Source: an uncultured Planctomycetales bacterium
GTDB taxonomy: Bacteria; Omnitrophota; Gorgyraeia; Zapsychrales; Fredricksoniimonadaceae
Direction: 5' to 3'
Assembly (NCBI GenBank): GCA_964583975.1
Contig: CAZOXU010000001.1
Coordinates: 291,552 to 355,551 of the forward strand
DNA length: 64,000 bases
The notes below the pieces were generated by a model. It was not told the origin of the DNA, searched no databases, and saw nothing but the letters and a program-made list of their open reading frames with translations. This document shows, in pieces, positions 18,555-28,585 of the stretch (the first letter of the stretch is position 1; each line of letters begins with the position of its first letter). A program made the position numbers and the translations under genes.

Positions 18555-19945
18555 CGAACTTGGTCGCCAACTTGTATCTTTGTCTTTTGGTCTTTGACAT
18601 CGGCTGCAGAAATATCTCGACGAACCTGAATGACTTCAAGTGTAGCAATCTCTTTATTATTTCGGAAAACTTTTAAACCACGTCCAACGCTACTACCTTG
18701 GGTTTCGCCATAATCAACAATAACAAAGCCGTTCTTTTCATTAACACTAATGACTTTGTGCGCTTGCTTTAAAGGATCGCCTGAAGGAGCACTCACGGGA
18801 GTGATCGCTTCATTAGCTGAGGCATTGACAACGATGGGAGGTAATTCGACATCTCTATTGCCACTTTTTACATCATTGATCTGGGTGATTTTATCATCAA
18901 GGGTCTTTTTAATTTGCCAAATCTCATTGATACGATCTTGGATAACTCCTTCTGTTTCAGCAAGTTTCTTACCTAAATCAGATCTTTCTTCGGTTAAACG
19001 GGCTACGGTTTTCTCTAAGGCAACCTTGGTTGCAACCAATTGTCTGACTTGAGATTGTAATTGACCGTTATCACCTTTAACTTTTCCGATGAAGTCGTTG
19101 GCATTCTTTTGATCGCCACGAGCTCGTGCAGCTTCCATCGACAAATTGCTGGCTAAATCTTCGCCATCTTTGATTTTTCTCAATAGATCTTGTTTTTCTT
19201 TGGTGAAATTATCGATTAATGCTTTTTTCTCATTGGTTAAACGTCGATCAATTTCTTCTTTATCACTATTGAGTTGTTTGATTTGCAATTGCATTTCAGA
19301 ATTTTGTTTTCTTAAGTCAGCCACTTGCAAAGCGTCATTGTTAAGATCGGTGTTGGCTTTATCCAACAACACTTGTAATTCAGCTTTTTGCTTAAGAACG
19401 CTAGCTAAATATTCATCATTGCTAGCACCTTCAGGCACTGGAATTGAAGTAGGCGTTGTGGCAATAGGAGCGCTTTCAGCAGGACGGTCTTTGTAAACGA
19501 TCTTTTCAGGTTGATTTTGTAATTTGGTGACAGCTTCATCGCGTTCTTTACGAATCGTTTCAATGCGAGATTTCCAGCTCTCTCTTTCTTGATTGAACTG
19601 TTCGATCTGAGCATTTAAATCATCGGCCTTGCGTTTGGCTTCTTCGAACGATGCTTGAGCTTGATCTTTTTGTTTGTTGGAATCTTTGAGGCGCTGATTT
19701 AAATCATCAATTTGTTGTTTGATTTTACCAGCATCAGCAATGGCTTTTTCTTGTTTCTTTTGGGATTCATTGAGTTGATCTTGAAGGCTTAAATTTCTAT
19801 CTTCAGCGTTCTTTTTTTGAATCAAGGCCCAACCAGCAAGTCCTACGGCAAGAACTAAAAGAGCCGCTAAAATCACAATACCACTTCGAATTGCCTGGGA
19901 CATAACACCTCCAAATAAAGATTTAATTAAATACGAATATAACAA
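18551..19945 (-). CDS. Membrane-anchored long coiled-coil protein with C-terminal beta-rich domain (function unknown)
   Basis: One N-terminal TM helix, ~330 aa of heptad-rich K/E/Q sequence, and a C-terminal ~70-aa GFVIVDYGETQGSSVGRGLKVF...QVGDQV domain. Confidence 0.45.
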   Translation of the reverse strand: MLYSYLIKSLFGGVMSQAIRSGIVILAALLVLAVGLAGWALIQKKNAEDRNLSLQDQLNESQKKQEKAIADAGKIKQQIDDLNQRLKDSNKQKDQAQASFEEAKRKADDLNAQIEQFNQERESWKSRIETIRKERDEAVTKLQNQPEKIVYKDRPAESAPIATTPTSIPVPEGASNDEYLASVLKQKAELQVLLDKANTDLNNDALQVADLRKQNSEMQLQIKQLNSDKEEIDRRLTNEKKALIDNFTKEKQDLLRKIKDGEDLASNLSMEAARARGDQKNANDFIGKVKGDNGQLQSQVRQLVATKVALEKTVARLTEERSDLGKKLAETEGVIQDRINEIWQIKKTLDDKITQINDVKSGNRDVELPPIVVNASANEAITPVSAPSGDPLKQAHKVISVNEKNGFVIVDYGETQGSSVGRGLKVFRNNKEIATLEVIQVRRDISAADVKDQKTKIQVGDQVR

Positions 19946-19988
19946 ACGTATTGTCTAAGCACAAGAGAATTTATATTTATTTTATTAT

Positions 19989-20588
19989 TTATTCGAAGTG
20001 AATGTCGTCGAGAAAGAAGGTGCAGGAGTTTGGATTGTTTTCAACATTCGCAATCCAAGAAAAACCACCACTAATGTAGGACAAATCTTTGCCACGCAGG
20101 TCTATTGAATATTGGCGCCATTGTTGCGACAAAATAACAGGCCCAATGCTTGCAGAATCAGAATCAGGATATGCTCGAGTAGCTCCTACCCCACCAATTC
20201 TAAATTCAGCTATTTGTTCCGAACCTTTTTCGCCCTTGGCCCAAAACACTAATTTCTTGGCCCCTGTTAAATTATAACCACCTTTGACATCGCCCCAATT
20301 ATCAGCTGGATGAAGCCAGTATACACCAGCCCACTGACGACTTTTGGATGAGCAAACGGTGTCATAGGTTACCTTGACACAACTTTTACCTTCATGGCAG
20401 TCTTGCACCCATGAATCTTCCATCTTAATACATTCTCCAGTTGGCATGTAACCTGAAGGAACATAACGATTAGGTGAGGTTTTATCTTGGTAGACAATAA
20501 ATTTATTAAATGTTTTGCTTTCGCTAGATTGAGCTTGGACACAAACAGGAAGGACAATCAAAAACAACACCAACAAATTTATTCTCAT
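19989..20588 (-). CDS. Secreted hypothetical protein (Cys-containing, possible carbohydrate-binding)
   Basis: Signal peptide MRINLLVLFLIVLPVCVQA, Trp/Tyr/Cys-rich. Confidence 0.4.
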   Translation of the reverse strand: MRINLLVLFLIVLPVCVQAQSSESKTFNKFIVYQDKTSPNRYVPSGYMPTGECIKMEDSWVQDCHEGKSCVKVTYDTVCSSKSRQWAGVYWLHPADNWGDVKGGYNLTGAKKLVFWAKGEKGSEQIAEFRIGGVGATRAYPDSDSASIGPVILSQQWRQYSIDLRGKDLSYISGGFSWIANVENNPNSCTFFLDDIHFE

Positions 20589-20663
20589 AAGAATCCTAAA
20601 AACTTCACCCCCACCATTTCACCTAAAAGCAAAACAGTGGGGGTTATAAATTAATAAATTATT

Positions 20664-21569
20664 TTAAGAAATACTACTCATCTCGCCTAATTTTTGCTGA
20701 GCAGCTTCAGCTGGTTTCCAAAACCATCCTTTGGAATCCCAACATTGGGCATAGAAGTATTCATCCACTAATTTCTTATAAACAGCAGAAGCTTCATCTT
20801 TTTTACCAGCTTGACGATAAGCTTCTCCTAAGACAAATAAACCCGTACCGACATCATTCAGAGCCCAATATTTGAAAATTTCATCATTGGTTCCAGCGGC
20901 ATAATCTTTAAGTTCGGTTTGCATGCCATGAGCTTTGACAGCATATAATTCGTTGATCTTGTTAACATAGGCAACAACGGCATTTAAATCATTAGCAGCC
21001 AATGAAGACCATGCTTTTGCCACTAATGTTGATGATTTGAAATCACCATAATCAACGCTAAGACCCGATTCGATCATAGCTAATTTTTCTTTGGCAGCTT
21101 CAGCTGGTTTCCAGAACCAGCCTTTAGGATCCCAACATTGACCAAAGGTATAATTTTTAATAAGTTTATTGAAAGCTTCTTTGCTTTCTTCTTTCATATT
21201 AGCCTTACGATAGGCTTCGCCTTGCTGATAATAGCTGGTTGCCACATCGTTCAGAGCCCATAATTTAAAAATTTCATCATTACTACCAGTTACATAATCT
21301 TTTAAGCCTTCCTGCATTTTACGAGCAGTTTCAGCATACATTTCAATATTTTTATTGGAATAAGCAAGAACGGCTTCAATATCATTCTTATCAAGAGCAG
21401 TCCACGCTTTAGCTACCAGGGTGGAAGATTTAAAATCACCAAAATTATAAGCTTCGGCTTGAGGAGCAGCGGCACTGGCGATCGCCTGCGCATCTTTAGC
21501 CTCTTCTTGAGCAGCGTATCCTACGGAAGATAAAACAAAAATTAGACAAAAACTTAACAACTTCTTCAT
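20664..21569 (-). CDS. Secreted protein built from two tandem copies of a ~125-aa domain (motif QCWDxKGWFWKPAEAA)
   Basis: Signal peptide. Halves align clearly: GDFKSSTLVAKAW...NDEIFKxWALNDV...GEAYRxA...QCWDxKGWFWKPAEAAxxKL. Confidence 0.5.
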   Translation of the reverse strand: MKKLLSFCLIFVLSSVGYAAQEEAKDAQAIASAAAPQAEAYNFGDFKSSTLVAKAWTALDKNDIEAVLAYSNKNIEMYAETARKMQEGLKDYVTGSNDEIFKLWALNDVATSYYQQGEAYRKANMKEESKEAFNKLIKNYTFGQCWDPKGWFWKPAEAAKEKLAMIESGLSVDYGDFKSSTLVAKAWSSLAANDLNAVVAYVNKINELYAVKAHGMQTELKDYAAGTNDEIFKYWALNDVGTGLFVLGEAYRQAGKKDEASAVYKKLVDEYFYAQCWDSKGWFWKPAEAAQQKLGEMSSIS

Positions 21570-21701
21570 AACTTCCTCCTGATTAACTAATGAGTTTTAA
21601 CAAATTTAGCGGTTTTAAAACTATCCTATTTGATAGGTATACTAAGAGTATAGTATATACATAGGCCATTTTGCAAATTTATATTTTCAACGGAGGATTT
21701 A

Positions 21702-23993
21702 TTACTCTGAGGCCCAAAGATCTTTATAGACATAGTATACTTTGCGCGGTTCACGCAAATAGGGGCTATTTCTACCATTACCCTGACCAAAAAGCCCAAA
21801 CCACTCTTCAAAGTAATAACCACCAGGAAAAGGACCCAAGACATCGGCTTTCGTATCATGGTTCGATGGTTCATAATTCTTCCACCACTCATCTAACCAT
21901 TCAAAAGCAATGCCTCCTACTGCATTCCCTTCTCCGTCGGAGAAGCCAGCACTATTGTGATAAATATCCAACCAATTACCTTTATGATACTCAGCCTGCG
22001 CCTCAATAGCCTCTTGAGCCGTTAAACTAGGACCACTGTAAGCGGGGGCCCCATATTCGGTAATAAATGCTGGTCTATCAGCTGCCTCAGCTACTTGCTG
22101 CCAAAAAGAACCAAACCCATAATCACCACGATAAACATTACCCCCATAGGCATCAACATCAGGGGCCAATTGGCCAAATTTATCCAAAAATAACGTATCT
22201 CCATTACATAAAGCCACGGGATGGTTAGAATCGATCGATTTAATCATGCGGGCAGCTTCATTAATAAACTTAAAATAAGCTTCGGGCTTTTTATCAGCAT
22301 TAGAAGCAACCCCATAATTATTTTCATTCCCTAATAACCAGAACAATACATAAGGCTCATCCTTAAACTCCATCACCATCGTTTTAATCGACTCTAACAT
22401 CTTTTTTTGATGCTCAGGATTCTCATAATCGGTTCCTTCAGCCCATGTGGCCCCCGAACCCAAAGCATATTTACCCACATAATCACCCATAATGACCCTT
22501 AGCCCATATTCTTCATACATTTTCTTCAGCAATTCTTTATTAGGTTTCATCGGATGATGATAAATACGTAAAACATTGACCCCCATTTGCTTCATTAATG
22601 CAAAATCACCCACATTGGGCTCATCTTGATCTTGAATACCATTGTGATTAACATCAACCCACGCAGTAAATGCTGGATTGGGATCATCATCCATCCAGTT
22701 CGTTAAGGTGCCGTTATCCGGCCCTTGCCCTACCTTGGTAGGAGTATAGGTAATTCCTTTAATAAGGAATGGTTTATCATCAACCACTAATTGCCAATGT
22801 CCTGTAGCGTACTTAGCAAAATGAACCCTGCCAGTCCCTAGAGTTTTAACAACTTCTCCTAAAGCAATCTTAGGAGGATTAGCACTAGCTTCCCTGGCTT
22901 GTTGTTCACTAGCTAATAAACGTAAACTACCGGGCTGAGTAATCGGAAATTTGTTATTTGGATCATTATCAAAAGAATTTAAAATTTGGATCTTGGCTGA
23001 TTTAAATTCTAATTTTAATTCGGGATGGACTAATAAAATGTGCTGGATCTTTGAAATAGCAGCTTGGGCTGGAAACCAGGGTGTATGCCAATACGTCCAA
23101 GCCAAGGTCCCAGGATAATGAATAATCAAAGCTTGGTAACATTTAACTGCTTGATAATACATCTTGGCCTTCTCAAATATAATACCTAAATAAAATAACT
23201 TAACTCCCCATGGTTCAGGAGCCGTGACCCATTTATAAAAAGCAGCCTGTAAATCAGGAGTATTGATAAAATCCCAATGACTACCCTCCATACGACCAGA
23301 CTTAAGAACCTTCTTATAATTAGGATCAGCATAAACATCAGTTAGGTTAGGATAAATCCCTTCTCCCACCGCCTTGGCCAAGCCTTTACGATCTTCAATC
23401 TGATAACGATAGTCTGTCGTACCAGGATTTAAAAACTTTCCATATTTACTATAATCAACAACCTTCTCTCCTGTAAAAACAAGCGTAGGCTGAGTCGGTG
23501 GACCAACCTTGACTACAGGCTGCTTAGATTCCTTGCCTTCAATCAAATCAATAGCGGCCTGAGATTTTTCAGCAATAGACCAATACGATCCACGCGATGG
23601 ATCCCAACTTTGGGCCCAAGGGTATTGCGTAATGATATCAGTAAATTGTTTCTTCGCCTCTTCGGTCTTCCCTTGATTCCTTAAAGCTTCTGCCTTGATG
23701 AACAAGACCGTAGCTAAATCTGACATGGTTTTAAAATCATTGAACTTGTCACGGGGAGGGAAATCTTTAAGCATAGAAGCTAATCTCTTAGCTTCTGACT
23801 CATAACCTTTTAGTATTTCATTAACTAAAACATTAAGAGCCTCTATATCTGATTTATGTGAAGCTTCCCAAGACAATCGCACAATTTCGACCGTGGGACG
23901 CGCACTAGTAGACTCTGGACTAGGTTCGCTTTGGGCAAAAGCAGGACTCACAGTCAAAAACAGACACACCACTATTTGAAGGAAGCGATTCAT
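21702..23993 (-). CDS. Secreted glycoside hydrolase (TIM-barrel-like catalytic region) with an N-terminal copy of the WAQSWDP domain
   Basis: Signal peptide; LLGNENNYG-type motif and aromatic-rich barrel; N-terminal ~130 aa are homologous to the 20664-21569 repeat domain. Sits in a sugar-uptake operon. Confidence 0.55.
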   Translation of the reverse strand: MNRFLQIVVCLFLTVSPAFAQSEPSPESTSARPTVEIVRLSWEASHKSDIEALNVLVNEILKGYESEAKRLASMLKDFPPRDKFNDFKTMSDLATVLFIKAEALRNQGKTEEAKKQFTDIITQYPWAQSWDPSRGSYWSIAEKSQAAIDLIEGKESKQPVVKVGPPTQPTLVFTGEKVVDYSKYGKFLNPGTTDYRYQIEDRKGLAKAVGEGIYPNLTDVYADPNYKKVLKSGRMEGSHWDFINTPDLQAAFYKWVTAPEPWGVKLFYLGIIFEKAKMYYQAVKCYQALIIHYPGTLAWTYWHTPWFPAQAAISKIQHILLVHPELKLEFKSAKIQILNSFDNDPNNKFPITQPGSLRLLASEQQAREASANPPKIALGEVVKTLGTGRVHFAKYATGHWQLVVDDKPFLIKGITYTPTKVGQGPDNGTLTNWMDDDPNPAFTAWVDVNHNGIQDQDEPNVGDFALMKQMGVNVLRIYHHPMKPNKELLKKMYEEYGLRVIMGDYVGKYALGSGATWAEGTDYENPEHQKKMLESIKTMVMEFKDEPYVLFWLLGNENNYGVASNADKKPEAYFKFINEAARMIKSIDSNHPVALCNGDTLFLDKFGQLAPDVDAYGGNVYRGDYGFGSFWQQVAEAADRPAFITEYGAPAYSGPSLTAQEAIEAQAEYHKGNWLDIYHNSAGFSDGEGNAVGGIAFEWLDEWWKNYEPSNHDTKADVLGPFPGGYYFEEWFGLFGQGNGRNSPYLREPRKVYYVYKDLWASE

Positions 23994-24838
23994 TATCCGA
24001 CAACTGCTCCTGAAGATAGACCTTTCACAATGTGTTTCTGCATAGCTAAGTATACCATGATAATAGGGACAGCGGCCATGGTGAGACCCGCCATCAAGAC
24101 AGGATAATCTGTACTATTCGCTCCCTGAAAAACCATCAATCCTCTTTGCAAAGGCATTAAATGAGAATCTCCTAAGAGCAAAAAGGCCAAGATATATTCA
24201 TTCCATACATTCAACGAATTAAAAATAACGATAACGGCAATGGCTGGGCGTGCCAATGGCAAAGCTACATGCCACCAAATTCCAATCTTACTGCAACCGT
24301 CAATACGTGCCGCATCTTCTAAATCATGCGACATTTTATCAAAGAAAGTCTTCAATAGTAAAATACTCATGGAAAGCCCAACATTGATCATGCACAAAAT
24401 ATACCCAAAGCGGCTATTAACCAACCCTAAATTTTTCATGATGACAAACAAGGCCACAAACGATCCAGGCAAAGGGATCATCATCGCAGCGACAAATATA
24501 TAAAAAATGATGTTCTTACCAGGAAATTTTAACCGAGAAAAAGAATAGGCTGCCAAGGAAGAGATCAACAAAATCCCTCCCACCACACAGACTGTATAAA
24601 TGACACTGTTTAAAAAATAGACCGCAAAATTACCCTTGGTCCAGGCGATGGCAAAATTATCGAAATTCAAATGCTGCGGAATTAACCCTTTATCCACAAA
24701 AACTGTTTCATTGGTCATAAAAGCGCAACGCAACATCCATAATATAGGCGCCAAACAGGTCAAAGCCACACTGGCTAGAAACACATGGATCAACGTTGAC
24801 TTGGTCATGCCCCACAAAATATATTTATTGGTTTTCAT
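23993..24838 (-). CDS. Carbohydrate ABC transporter permease (MalG/UgpE-like)
   Basis: Six TM helices and the EAA loop DLEDAARIDGCSKIGIWWHVALPLARPAI. Confidence 0.85.
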   Translation of the reverse strand: MKTNKYILWGMTKSTLIHVFLASVALTCLAPILWMLRCAFMTNETVFVDKGLIPQHLNFDNFAIAWTKGNFAVYFLNSVIYTVCVVGGILLISSLAAYSFSRLKFPGKNIIFYIFVAAMMIPLPGSFVALFVIMKNLGLVNSRFGYILCMINVGLSMSILLLKTFFDKMSHDLEDAARIDGCSKIGIWWHVALPLARPAIAVIVIFNSLNVWNEYILAFLLLGDSHLMPLQRGLMVFQGANSTDYPVLMAGLTMAAVPIIMVYLAMQKHIVKGLSSGAVVG

Positions 24839-25749
24839 ACTTGTTTAACCTTATCTGACATTTTCTTTGTAATAAATGAAATACCTACCAAGATAACCCC
24901 AAAAATCATGGCCTCGGTGCAGGCATAACCAAAACGATTGGTTCCTGTCATCGCAGATAAAATACGTGTAACAGGCACATCTGTATGATTTACCAATCCT
25001 TCATTGACCATGGAAAGAATCAAAACAAAAACCTGCATACACCCTAATATGGTCAGGATCACAACCACTAAAATCACAGGTAAAATCATAGGAATTGTCA
25101 CATTTGTAAAAGTTTTCCAAGCGCCTGCTCCATCAATTCTGGCAGCTTCATATAATTGCTTATCAATCGTCTGCAACCCCGCTAATAACATGATAAAACC
25201 CCAGCCAAAACCTTTCCAACTGTTCACAATTGCAATGGTCGTCAAGGCTGTATTGGGATCGCCTAACCAGTTATGTACAAGATTAGGAAATCCAGAAATG
25301 AATAAGAGATGATTAAATAACCCGATATGCTGTCCGTTTTGCATTTGAGGATTAAGGATCCAGTTCCAAATAAGCCCTACCACCACTTCCGAAAGCACGG
25401 GTGGAATAAAAAATACCACACTATAAAAACGTTTCATGCGGATTTCACGGTCACAAGCTAAGGCCAGCGCAAGGGCCAAGAGATTTTGAAATGTCAAGGC
25501 GATCAAGGTAATGTAGCCCGCATGCCAGATGGAATTCCACCACAGTTTATCACCTATTAATTCCTTATAATTTTCTAATCCAATAAAATGCATCGGACCA
25601 ATCCCCCGCCACTCATGGAATGATAAGAAAATCATGTTGAGAAATGGATAAATATAAAAAATGCAGAAAATAGCAAAAGCAGGAAGAACAAAGAGGAAAT
25701 TTTGAAAATTATCTTTAAAAATAAAAGCAGATTTTGCTTTTGTATTCAT
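24835..25749 (-). CDS. Carbohydrate ABC transporter permease (MalF/UgpA-like)
   Basis: Six TM helices and the EAA loop YEAARIDGAGAWKTFTNVTIPM. Confidence 0.85.
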   Translation of the reverse strand: MNTKAKSAFIFKDNFQNFLFVLPAFAIFCIFYIYPFLNMIFLSFHEWRGIGPMHFIGLENYKELIGDKLWWNSIWHAGYITLIALTFQNLLALALALACDREIRMKRFYSVVFFIPPVLSEVVVGLIWNWILNPQMQNGQHIGLFNHLLFISGFPNLVHNWLGDPNTALTTIAIVNSWKGFGWGFIMLLAGLQTIDKQLYEAARIDGAGAWKTFTNVTIPMILPVILVVVILTILGCMQVFVLILSMVNEGLVNHTDVPVTRILSAMTGTNRFGYACTEAMIFGVILVGISFITKKMSDKVKQV

Positions 25750-27038
25750 TAAAGCGGTTTCCTTTTCGCCATCTGACGGTCTTTAACAACCTGAACATCG
25801 GCAGCTACTTGGAGCGGGGTCTTCTCTCCAATTATAATTGATTGAATACCTCTATCAAACGCTTCACTAACTAATGGATCTTCATTTAAAGGCCATATAT
25901 TAGGATGAGTCGATTGATTCATGCCTTTAGCAAATTCACCCAAGGTTGGAGAGATCACAGCTAATGCATTTTTGTTGGAAGGCAAATTGTTAGTTTCCTG
26001 GGCCAAAATGACCTGTTGTTTTTCAGCTGTCAGCCACTTTAAAAAGGCCACGGCTTTATCTTTATTAGGAGACGTGGCATTAACTACAAACGAAGAACCA
26101 GCACTTCCCCAAATTTTTAAAGGATATTTTGTACTGATGGGTGGTGGGACCATAACGCCATAGTCTAAATTAGGATTCATCGTACGATAAACATTTACGC
26201 ACCACGATCCATTAAAAGTGAATGCCACACGTTCCAGGGCAAAATCCTGTTCAGCATATTTATTGCCCTTGGTCACAATTCCATCAATTAAAGCTCCACT
26301 ATCACGCAATTGGGCAAATACATTAAAAACTTTAACCCAATCAGGATCAGTGTACTTGACCTCACCACGATAGGTTGCAAATATCTTTTCTTCACCCATA
26401 ATGTTAAAGGCATAATTAGAAGCAAAACAATCGAGCAGCCATAACTCTCCCCAACCCGAAACAAAAGGCGCTATCCCTACACGTTTAAGCGCCCCCACAG
26501 CTTTAAGGAATTCATCAAAGGTTTTAGGTGGCTCGGTAATGCCAGCCTTAGCCAAAAGCTTTTTATTGTAAAGCATTTGTTCATTACTCACATCTATAGG
26601 AACACCATAAATCCCCGCCTTCACTCCATAGCTATTTCCAGCGTCAAATTGTCTGTCCGCTAAAGCTTTATCAAATAAACTGCTTTTCCAATTAGCATTT
26701 TCAGCATCCATGGTCTCGGTCAAATCTGCAACCAATCCGGCTTTGATAAAATCTGCCAAAATAGATTTCTTATCTAATACTCCATAAATATCTGGCAATA
26801 CATTAGCCTGGGCTGAAGCGATCACTTTTTGGGAATAAGATTCGGAGGGGGCAAACAATTGAACAGAGACTTCAATGCCAGTTTCATCTTTATATTGTTG
26901 AGCGAGTTTTTGAAGAGTATCGTTACGATCCGTCATCCAATGCCACATGACAATTTTATTGCTTGGTTGGCTTGGCTTTCCACATCCAGCCATCAAAACC
27001 AACATACAACAAATGATATAGGTCAAACATTTGGACAT
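25749..27038 (-). CDS. Extracellular solute-binding lipoprotein (family 1) of the sugar ABC transporter
   Basis: Lipobox LMAGCG; family-1 sugar-binding protein length and composition. Confidence 0.8.
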   Translation of the reverse strand: MSKCLTYIICCMLVLMAGCGKPSQPSNKIVMWHWMTDRNDTLQKLAQQYKDETGIEVSVQLFAPSESYSQKVIASAQANVLPDIYGVLDKKSILADFIKAGLVADLTETMDAENANWKSSLFDKALADRQFDAGNSYGVKAGIYGVPIDVSNEQMLYNKKLLAKAGITEPPKTFDEFLKAVGALKRVGIAPFVSGWGELWLLDCFASNYAFNIMGEEKIFATYRGEVKYTDPDWVKVFNVFAQLRDSGALIDGIVTKGNKYAEQDFALERVAFTFNGSWCVNVYRTMNPNLDYGVMVPPPISTKYPLKIWGSAGSSFVVNATSPNKDKAVAFLKWLTAEKQQVILAQETNNLPSNKNALAVISPTLGEFAKGMNQSTHPNIWPLNEDPLVSEAFDRGIQSIIIGEKTPLQVAADVQVVKDRQMAKRKPL

Positions 27039-27039
27039 C

Positions 27040-28470
27040 TTAGGCTTTTCCTCTTCTTTTTTCTAGTTCCTTGCGAATTTCGTAGGCTTTATCTTCGGAG
27101 ATTTCAAAAGTCATAATAAAATAGATCGCGATTGCAGAAGCAATGATTGGAATACCAATATCGCAAATCCTCATAAGAAACAATGTATGTGCTGTTTGAT
27201 TGCCATGCAAAGATTCTTTAAATCCTGTCCAATTTAACAAGAAACCTGAAAATAACGATGCTGCAGCCTGCCCCAATTTAATCATCCACCAATAAATGGC
27301 TCCAAACATCCCTTCGCGACGAGTGCCAGTTTGAAGTTCATCTAAATCACACACATCGGCCAACATGGAAGTAACGACCGTAAAAATCGATCCTAAACTA
27401 AAAGCAATCAATGGCGCTGTGATCAGCAATAGTTCAGGATGTTGGGGGTTATATCCCCACCATTTTAGGCCATAGCCAAGCATAGAAAGTGGAATCGTGA
27501 TCAACAGTGTATTACGTTTACCAAGTCTTGTAGCAAGCCAAGTTATCAATGGAAATATGACAAGGAAAGAAGAAACAGCAGCCACTGTTCCATTTAAACC
27601 TAATAATTTTCCGCCTTGGCCATAATCACCGCCAAATACATAAAAGAAAATAACATAAGCTGTGAAAGAAGAGGCCAGCATAAATCCATTAAAAATTAAA
27701 AAAGTAATAATACACAATTGAACAAAAGGACGATTTTTAAAGGCAATAGCGCACCAGCTAAAGAAATTCTTAAGAACTTCCTTCATTTTTCTTTTTTCAG
27801 GCTTTGGCAAATTACCAAAATGTTCTCGGTTAAAAATGGCTGGAAGAATTCCTCCCAATATAATAAATACACCAAAAACAATAGCCAGGATACGCACTCC
27901 CTGTACGAGATCCTTGCTAGAATACATAAAAGTAAACAACCATGGAGAAATAATCCAAGCAATCTGTCCCATGATATTAGCAGCCCCTTGCAGACGGGTG
28001 CGCTCATGGTAATCAGGGGTCATTTCAAATCCTAAAGCGATAAAAGGAATAGCATAGAAAGCAAAAGCTACGACAAAAAAGCATTGGATAATAAGAAAAT
28101 ACCAAAAGTTATACGCCTCACCATTTTCCTGATGAAGCTGAAACAACAACATAAACAAAACCCCTGAAATAAGAGCTCCAAAGAACATGTATGGTCTTCG
28201 ACGGCCATATTTGCTACGTGTATTATCTGAGGTGTAGCCAATCATTGGATCTGTAAAAGCATCGATCAAACGAGGAACAGTTCCAATAATACCTACCTTG
28301 GCTGGATCCATCCCTAATCCAAGGTTTAAAACAAGAACCATGGCCGTCAAAGCAGCGGCCTGCATCTGATTAACTAAGGCTCCGATACTGTATATTGTTT
28401 TTTGAAAAAGTGGAATGCGGTCTTCAGGCTTTGTTACATGGTGGGAAGAATGTTCAATAGGTGCAGCCAT
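27040..28470 (-). CDS. GPH-family glycoside/pentoside/hexuronide:cation symporter (MFS)
   Basis: 12 TM helices and the GPH signature DPMIGYTSDNTRSKYGRRRP. Confidence 0.8.
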   Translation of the reverse strand: MAAPIEHSSHHVTKPEDRIPLFQKTIYSIGALVNQMQAAALTAMVLVLNLGLGMDPAKVGIIGTVPRLIDAFTDPMIGYTSDNTRSKYGRRRPYMFFGALISGVLFMLLFQLHQENGEAYNFWYFLIIQCFFVVAFAFYAIPFIALGFEMTPDYHERTRLQGAANIMGQIAWIISPWLFTFMYSSKDLVQGVRILAIVFGVFIILGGILPAIFNREHFGNLPKPEKRKMKEVLKNFFSWCAIAFKNRPFVQLCIITFLIFNGFMLASSFTAYVIFFYVFGGDYGQGGKLLGLNGTVAAVSSFLVIFPLITWLATRLGKRNTLLITIPLSMLGYGLKWWGYNPQHPELLLITAPLIAFSLGSIFTVVTSMLADVCDLDELQTGTRREGMFGAIYWWMIKLGQAAASLFSGFLLNWTGFKESLHGNQTAHTLFLMRICDIGIPIIASAIAIYFIMTFEISEDKAYEIRKELEKRRGKA

Positions 28471-28585
28471 TATTTCTCCAATAGTTCTTATGCATATGTT
28501 GGCAGGCTATTCTTTATCAAATTGAAGCTAAAAATTTAACATAGCGTATAGCCGAGGTCAAGAGGTTTTCTCTAAGTTAGTGCAT

